From: a virus
Lineage: Duplodnaviria; Heunggongvirae; Uroviricota; Caudoviricetes
IMG/VR virus record: IMGVR_UViG_2671180411_000012
Length of the DNA stretch: 4,755 bases
Direction: 5' to 3' (one strand)
The notes beneath the pieces were generated by a model. The model was not told the DNA's origin. It searched no databases and was given only the letters and a program-made list of their open reading frames with translations. The position numbers and the translations under genes are program-made. Shown one piece after another: positions 1 through 4,755 of this stretch; position 1 is the first letter of the stretch, and every line of letters begins with the position of its first letter.

Positions 1-119
1 GTCCGGGCATGAAGATACCCCGCGCTCAGCGTGGACTGATGTTCAGACGCCCATGCAGGCGCACCGGATACGGCCAGACAAATGGCTGCGGACAAAATGG
101 CGGCACAAACTTTACGCAT
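1..119 (-). CDS. lom: Lom-family outer membrane protein (Ail/Lom/OmpX family), N-terminal 39 codons only; the gene runs off the window at position 1
   Basis: Minus-strand ATG at 119-117 is preceded by GAGAGG 5 nt upstream. Translation is MRKVCAAILSAAICLAVSGAPAWASEHQSTLSAGYLHAR..., a typical Sec signal peptide with an A-W-A cleavage motif. It is near-identical to the N-terminus of phage lambda Lom as I recall it (MRKLYAAILSAAICLAVSGAPAWASEHQSTLSAGYLHA...). Position immediately downstream of J matches lambda gene order. Not in the ORF track because it has no stop inside the window. Confidence 0.85.
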   Translation of the reverse strand, partial: MRKVCAAILSAAICLAVSGAPAWASEHQSTLSAGYLHAR

Positions 120-124
120 AATTA

Positions 125-130
125 CCTCTC
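125..130 (-). promoter_or_regulatory. Shine-Dalgarno / ribosome-binding site for lom
   Basis: Minus-strand GAGAGG (plus-strand cctctc at 125-130), with a 5-nt spacer before the lom ATG at 119-117. Confidence 0.6.
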
Positions 131-140
131 GCTTTTCTGC

Positions 141-167
141 AATAAAAAAGGCGTCATTCCTGACGCC
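141..167 (-). terminator. Rho-independent (intrinsic) terminator between J and lom
   Basis: Perfect 7-bp inverted repeat ggcgtca (150-156) / tgacgcc (161-167) around a 4-nt loop. On the minus-strand RNA this is GGCGUCA-GGAA-UGACGCC (GNRA tetraloop) followed directly by UUUUUUAUU (plus-strand 149-141). It lies about 22 nt downstream of the J stop codon. An A-tract upstream makes it potentially bidirectional, but the U-tract is best on the minus strand. Confidence 0.65.
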
Positions 168-189
168 ATTTATTGGGGTTATAAATATT

Positions 190-1958
190 TCAACGAATAC
201 TGATGCCGGAAGCCGCTTTTTTGGTCACAATCACCGTACAGTCGGTGATATTGCCTGCCCCCTGATTGCCTTTCTGGAAAATCTTAAACTCCAGAGTGAC
301 GCTACCACCACCACTAGGCATATCAATAACTGCACTGTAACTACCGGGAATGGCACCTTTAGTTTCTCTGGATGCGATTAATACGCCGTTTTTGCGAACT
401 TCAAAACCATAACCCGTGTATCGCGTGCCTCCTGGGTTATTTCCGCTCCCCGGATCGTCATACGCTATACCGTTAAAAATAATGGGCGGAATAATAATCT
501 GGCGGTCAAAGTTATGATCATCGCTTATGGTGACTGTAACCGTCCCGTTTGGTGTTTCCGTGTTACCCCACGTACCAGCCTGTTTCGGAAATGATTTGGA
601 TACAGCTTTAACGAAGTCACCTCTGACCTGAGTCGCCTCCAGCATGCCCTTAATCGTACAGTTTTCATTTACCGTGACATTGTTGAGCGTCCCGGCGTTC
701 GCATTCACACTGCCACTGATATCCGCATTTTTAGCGGTCAGCTTTCCGTCCGGAGTCAGGGAAAATGCCGATGGATTTCCACCGCTGGTAATGGTGGGGG
801 CCGTCAGGCGTTTCAGGAACACGTCGTTCATGAATATCTGATCGCCCTGACCAACAAACATCGGTTTTGTGTTGCCATTCGCAGGATTAACCATCGCAAT
901 CCTGTCCGCCGCCAGCAGCACCTGACTCTGCATGCCGTCAGGGGTGTTCTCAATACCGGCACCAATACCCGCGATATAAAGGCGTCCGTCCTGCATCTGC
1001 TGCAGCTTCACAGCCCACATGCTGTTCAGGTTATTATTTGTATCAACCTGAACCTTCTGTATCTGCTGAATTGCCGCACTCTGGTCTTCCAGTTTCTTAT
1101 TGACGGTCTGCGTGATTTCATTGCTGACATCCGTAATGGACGTCCTGATTTCAGCCAGGTCAGGCGCAAGCTGACCGTTATCAATCTGCGTCCACAGCTC
1201 CTGAGCCAGATGGGTTTTCCCTATCTCGCCTTTGAAAAAATCCAGATAACCGGATGCATCATCACTCGGCTGACCAACAGCCTCCACGAATGCCGATTTG
1301 CCAACGGTGTTCACACTGCGGATATAAAAGTAATAATCATGGCCCGGTTTGATATTGATACTGGCGGCTATCCAGTACAGCGCCGTGCCAAGATAGCGTG
1401 CTGTGGTTTCAACCTGCCTGATATCCGCAATCCGCTTTTCCGAGAACCAGAACTCAAACTGTACCGTCGGATCATAAACCGCAAGATGCGGCGTGGCGGT
1501 TATCTGAAAATAGCCCGGCGTCAGCTCAATCCGCGACAGCGCTGCCGGTGCGGCAATCCGGAACGATACCGACGCCGGATCGCCCTGCTGCCCCCACGCA
1601 TTTACTGCCCGGACTGTCAGCCTGTAGTTCCCCAGCGCCAGTTGTGTGAAGCGGTAAGTGGTTTCCGTCGTCCGGGCCGTGCTGACCAGCCGCTCACTGC
1701 CGTCATCCGCTGTTACGGTCAGACGGAGCAGGAAGCTCACGCCCTTCACCACCTTCGGCGTGTCCCAGCGCGCCAGCACCTGATATTCCCCGCTGTCTGC
1801 GGTGACTTCGGCAGTCAGGTGCTGCACCGCTGGCGGCGTGACACCATTCACCGTGCCGCTCTGGTCGCCGTCAAAGTGCGCCCCGTTATCCACGATGGCT
1901 TCTTTTTCCGGCACATGCTGCACGGCGGTGATGGCATACGTGCCGTCGTCGTTCTCAC
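190..1958 (-). CDS. J: Host specificity protein J (tail tip / central tail fibre), C-terminal segment: second FN3-like module to the stop codon (TGA at 192-190)
   Basis: This is the low-coordinate part of the 970-aa minus-strand ORF (190..3102). It reads [30 protein letters not shown]...[30 protein letters not shown]...[55 protein letters not shown]...[10 protein letters not shown]. Long blocks match my recollection of phage lambda gpJ (e.g. [43 protein letters not shown]). The last ~170 residues are diverged from lambda. Bounded upstream by the N-run at 1959. Confidence 0.93.
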
Positions 1959-2576
1959 NNNNNNNNNNNNNNNNNNNNNNNNNNNNNNNNNNNNNNNNNN
2001 NNNNNNNNNNNNNNNNNNNNNNNNNNNNNNNNNNNNNNNNNNNNNNNNNNNNNNNNNNNNNNNNNNNNNNNNNNNNNNNNNNNNNNNNNNNNNNNNNNNN
2101 NNNNNNNNNNNNNNNNNNNNNNNNNNNNNNNNNNNNNNNNNNNNNNNNNNNNNNNNNNNNNNNNNNNNNNNNNNNNNNNNNNNNNNNNNNNNNNNNNNNN
2201 NNNNNNNNNNNCCAGGCATTTACCGCCCGGACTGTCAGCGTGTACCGTCCCAGCGCCAGTTGCGTGAAGCGGTATGTGGTTTCCGTCGTCCGGGCCGTGC
2301 TGACCAGCCGCTCACTGCCGTCATCCGCTGCCACGGTCAGGCGAAGCATAAAGCTCACCCCCTTCACCACCTTCGGCGTGTCCCAGCGCGCCAGCACCTG
2401 ATATTCCCCGCTGTCTGCGGTGACTTCGGCAGTCAGGTGCTGCACCGCTGGCGGCGTGACACCATTCACCGTGCCGCTCTGGTCGCCGTCAAAGTGCGCC
2501 CCGTTATCCACGATGGCTTCTTTTTCCGGTACATGCTGCACGGCAGTGATGGCATACGTGCCGTCATCGTTCTCAC
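1594..2576. repeat. Direct repeat pair of a 365-bp FN3-like domain module of J (copy 1 at 2212-2576, copy 2 at 1594-1958), separated by the N-run
   Basis: Manual alignment gives 18 mismatches in 365 nt (about 95% identity), offset exactly 618 nt. There is a 170-nt perfectly identical core (1742-1911 vs 2360-2529); mismatches cluster at the NAW-proximal end plus 3 near the ENDDG end. Most changes are synonymous; protein differences are M/L, A/T and RYT/NYR. Confidence 0.9.
1959..2211. other. N-run (253 nt): assembly gap or masked sequence inside J
   Basis: Uninterrupted n characters. Flanked on both sides by the ~95% identical 365-bp FN3-like module; the copy-to-copy period is 618 nt, which keeps the reading frame. 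Confidence 0.95.
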
Positions 2577-2749
2577 GGATACTCACACAGCGGAACAGGC
2601 GCTGGCGCAACGTCGGCAGCTTCAGCCCCCACACGCTGTATTCAGCAACGCCGTCAGGAACACGGCTCACTTTCACCTTCACGCCGTCGGTGACGGACTG
2701 AACCTCCACGCTGACCGGATTGCCACTTCCGTCAACCAGGCTTATCAGC
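2212..2749 (-). CDS. J: Host specificity protein J, internal segment (LISLVDGSGNPVSVEVQ... through the first FN3-like module ending ...[12 protein letters not shown])
   Basis: Same reading frame as 190..1958 (codon phase is preserved across the 253-nt N-run). Translation [68 protein letters not shown]...[14 protein letters not shown] matches the central region of lambda gpJ as recalled. Bounded by N-runs on both sides. Confidence 0.9.
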
Positions 2750-3026
2750 NNNNNNNNNNNNNNNNNNNNNNNNNNNNNNNNNNNNNNNNNNNNNNNNNNN
2801 NNNNNNNNNNNNNNNNNNNNNNNNNNNNNNNNNNNNNNNNNNNNNNNNNNNNNNNNNNNNNNNNNNNNNNNNNNNNNNNNNNNNNNNNNNNNNNNNNNNN
2901 NNNNNNNNNNNNNNNNNNNNNNNNNNNNNNNNNNNNNNNNNNNNNNNNNNNNNNNNNNNNNNNNNNNNNNNNNNNNNNNNNNNNNNNNNNNNNNNNNNNN
3001 NNNNNNNNNNNNNNNNNNNNNNNNNN
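2750..3026. other. N-run (277 nt): assembly gap or masked sequence inside J
   Basis: Uninterrupted n characters. The J frame differs by 1 nt between flanks, and the run is much longer than the ~22 residues that separate ...GGRVLA from LISLVDG... in lambda gpJ as recalled. This points to an estimated-size scaffold gap, not exact masked sequence. Confidence 0.95.
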
Positions 3027-4291
3027 ACCGCCAGCACGCGCCCGCCGATGCTGATACCCGCATAGTCATCATCACAGATTTCAATGACATCGCCCGGCAC
3101 ATGGCGAAGCCCTTCTGCGCCCACGCTGAAGTCCACGGTCTGCGTTTCCAGCAGTTCTGTTTTAATCAGCCACAGCCCGGCGCGGTGTGCCTGCCCCCGG
3201 CTGGTACAGCCAAAGGCATCCATCTTCGTGACGTTACGACCGTAACGGACAATGGCCTGCGTATCCTCCACAAGCTCTGTCGCCGTCTCCCAGCCGTTAT
3301 CCGGGTCAATCCAGTTCACCTCAACGGCATTATGGCGGTCTTTCAGGGCGCTGAAACTGTAGCGGAACGGCGCGCCATCATCCGGCATCACCACATTACT
3401 GCGGTTATAGGCCCACACCTTATCCGACTGTCGGTCCTGCACGAACGTCAGCGTCTGCCCGTTCCATACCGGCATACAGCGCATCGCCGAGCAGAAATCA
3501 CTGAGCACATCCCACGCCTTGCGCTGTGTGGTCAGCCAGGCATTACAGGTGATGCGCGGCTCCGTGCTGCCAAAGCCGTCCGGCACCGACTGGTCACAGT
3601 ACTGGCCGATGACATACAGCGCCCATTTATCCACATCTGCCGCACCAAGACGTTTCCCCATGCCATAGCGCGGATGGGTCAGCATATCCCACAGACACCA
3701 GGCCATGTTGTTGCTGTATGCCGGTTTTAACGTTCCGTCCCAGATACCGCTGTATTGCCGCGTCTGCGGATTATAGTTCGACGGCACCTGCAGAATGCGC
3801 CCGCGAAGATGATAATTACGGCTCACCTGCTGGCTGCCGAACTGTTCCGAGTCCACCTGCACACCGACCAGTGCCGTGTTCGGGTAGCACTGTTTCACAT
3901 CGATGATTTCGGTGTATGACGACCAGAGCGTTTTGTTCTGCAGCTGGTCTGTGGTGCTGTCCGGCGTCATTCTGCGCATCCGGATATTAAACGGGCGCGG
4001 CGGCAGGTTATCCACCACCACCGAGGCCAGATACTGCGAGGTGGTTTCCACCAGTGCCTGTACACCGAAGGTAAAACGCAGTCGGTCAATGTTTGCCGAC
4101 GTGATGGTCCGGGTGATCGGCGTGTCATATTTCACTTCCGTACCCAGCACCGTCTCGGAGCCGGAGGATTCAAACCCCTCCGGCGGTGTCTGCTCCTGCT
4201 CACCTGCCCGGAACACCACCGTGACACCGGAGATATTGGTATTCCCCTCACTGTCCAGCACCGGCGTACTGTTCAGCAGCACGCTTTTTAA
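3027..4291 (-). CDS. J: Host specificity protein J, N-proximal/central segment (LKSVLLNSTPVLDSEGNTNISG... to ...EICDDDYAGISIGGRVLA)
   Basis: Minus-strand frame of the 516-aa ORF (2732..4282); its apparent start is an internal GTG (V of LKSVLLNS), not the true start. Near-identical to my recollection of lambda gpJ from roughly residue 50 onward (LKSVLLNSTPVLDTEGNTNISGVTVVFRAGEQEQTPPEGFESSGSETVLGTEVKYDTPITRTITSANIDRLRFTFGVQALVETTS...), except for an in-frame absence of ~35 residues after ...ALVETTS. The frame is offset by 1 relative to the 190..2749 segments, so the 277-nt N-run does not preserve phase. The ADKPG tail of this ORF and the MCRAMSLK... head of the 970-aa ORF are wrong-frame read-through artefacts. 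Confidence 0.9.
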
Positions 4292-4541
4292 NNNNNNNNN
4301 NNNNNNNNNNNNNNNNNNNNNNNNNNNNNNNNNNNNNNNNNNNNNNNNNNNNNNNNNNNNNNNNNNNNNNNNNNNNNNNNNNNNNNNNNNNNNNNNNNNN
4401 NNNNNNNNNNNNNNNNNNNNNNNNNNNNNNNNNNNNNNNNNNNNNNNNNNNNNNNNNNNNNNNNNNNNNNNNNNNNNNNNNNNNNNNNNNNNNNNNNNNN
4501 NNNNNNNNNNNNNNNNNNNNNNNNNNNNNNNNNNNNNNNNN
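4292..4541. other. N-run (250 nt): assembly gap or masked sequence between two overlapping J N-proximal segments
   Basis: Uninterrupted n characters. The flanks carry overlapping, not consecutive, J protein sequence. Confidence 0.95.
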
Positions 4542-4755
4542 CTTTTTCCGTCACCCAGCCACCGTTACGCTGTATCTGAACCAGCAGGCGAACTTCAGAC
4601 GGATTCCTGTCTCCCTTTGAGGTGGTTTCCACCAGTGCCTGTACACCGAAGGTAAAACGCAGTCGGTCAATGTTTGCCGACGTGATGGTCCGGGTGATCG
4701 GCGTGTCATATTTCACTTCCGTACCCAGCACCGTCTCGGAGCCGGAGGATTCAAA
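4542..4755 (-). CDS. J: Host specificity protein J, separate N-proximal fragment (FESSGSETVLGTEVKYD...ALVETTSKGDRNPSEVRLLVQIQRNGGWVTEK); overlaps in protein content with segment 3027..4291 and runs off the window end
   Basis: Minus-strand frame of the 147-aa ORF (4288..4731). Its upper 137 bp are nucleotide-identical to 4038-4174. It then continues with KGDRNPSEVRLLVQIQRNGGWVTEK, which is present in lambda gpJ as recalled but absent from the 3027..4291 copy. It is therefore a second, more lambda-like J allele fragment or an overlapping contig end. Confidence 0.8.

Larger units (their letters stand above)
4038..4755. repeat. Exact 137-bp direct repeat (4038-4174 and 4619-4755) flanking the third N-run; the second copy is truncated by the window edge
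   Basis: Base-by-base identity from gaggtggtttccaccagtgcctgtacacc... through ...gccggaggattcaaa at a constant offset of 581 nt. Identity breaks immediately below the repeat (4037 c vs 4618 t), where the two copies continue into different coding sequence. Confidence 0.9.

Noticed and set aside
168-193. Candidate sigma70 promoter for lom on the minus strand (TTGAAA at 193-188, TAAAT-like element near 172-168)
   Set aside because: Weak -10 match and awkward spacing, and it would initiate directly into the terminator hairpin. Not supportable from sequence alone.
9-381. Plus-strand ORFs 9-203 (64 aa) and 82-381 (99 aa)
   Set aside because: They overlap the minus-strand lom start, its RBS, the terminator hairpin and the J 3' end. 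No convincing Shine-Dalgarno, and the translations have no recognisable features. Likely spurious.
1594-2576. Possibility that the two ~365-bp near-identical modules are a diversity-generating retroelement template/variable repeat pair
   Set aside because: The 18 mismatches are a mix of transitions and transversions at C, G, T and A positions, not adenine-specific. They are mostly synonymous, and no reverse transcriptase gene is present. The pattern fits paralogue or domain duplication.
1210-3054. Plus-strand ORF of 614 aa (plus others at 2720-3730, 3903-4655, 1802-2401, 2420-2701, 3718-3906, 644-841)
   Set aside because: All lie antisense to the strongly supported J coding sequence and several run through N-runs. 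Their translations are low-complexity and R/P/C-rich (e.g. [29 protein letters not shown]), as expected for antisense reading of a GC-rich gene, with no recognisable protein family. Treated as shadow ORFs.
2732-3102. Apparent start MCRAMSLKSVMM... of the 970-aa ORF at 3102 and the ...ADKPG stop of the 516-aa ORF at 2732
   Set aside because: Both are wrong-frame read-through on either side of the 277-nt N-run. The true J frame enters the gap as ...GGRVLA and leaves it as LISLVDG...; neither is a real start or stop.
1-4755. CRISPR array, tRNA/rRNA genes, insertion sequence or defence-system genes
   Set aside because: No short regularly spaced repeats, no tRNA-like cloverleaf candidates, no terminal inverted repeats or transposase-like ORFs. 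All visible coding capacity is accounted for by J and lom.

Overview
This window is the distal end of the tail-gene cluster of a lambdoid (lambda-like) prophage, almost certainly from an enterobacterial (E. coli-like) draft assembly, and everything recognisable is on the minus strand. About 4.5 kb is the tail-tip host-specificity gene J, followed by a 7-bp GNRA-loop intrinsic terminator, a Shine-Dalgarno site and the first 39 codons of lom (ATG at 119-117). J is not one clean open reading frame: three N-runs (1959-2211, 2750-3026, 4292-4541) split it into four pieces. The pieces either side of two gaps overlap in protein content instead of abutting. A 137-bp segment is exactly duplicated at 4038-4174 and 4619-4755, with a 35-codon in-frame difference immediately after it. 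A 365-bp FN3-like domain module appears twice (2212-2576 and 1594-1958) at about 95% identity. The likeliest reading is that contigs from two or more J paralogues of different lambdoid prophages were scaffolded together, though a genuine in-frame tandem domain duplication at gap 1 cannot be excluded from sequence alone. The C-terminal receptor-binding part of J is clearly diverged from what I recall of lambda J, suggesting a different receptor. I see no defence system, CRISPR array, RNA gene, or intact mobile element. The long plus-strand ORFs are antisense shadows of J. All homology statements rest on recalled lambda J and Lom protein sequences, not a database search.
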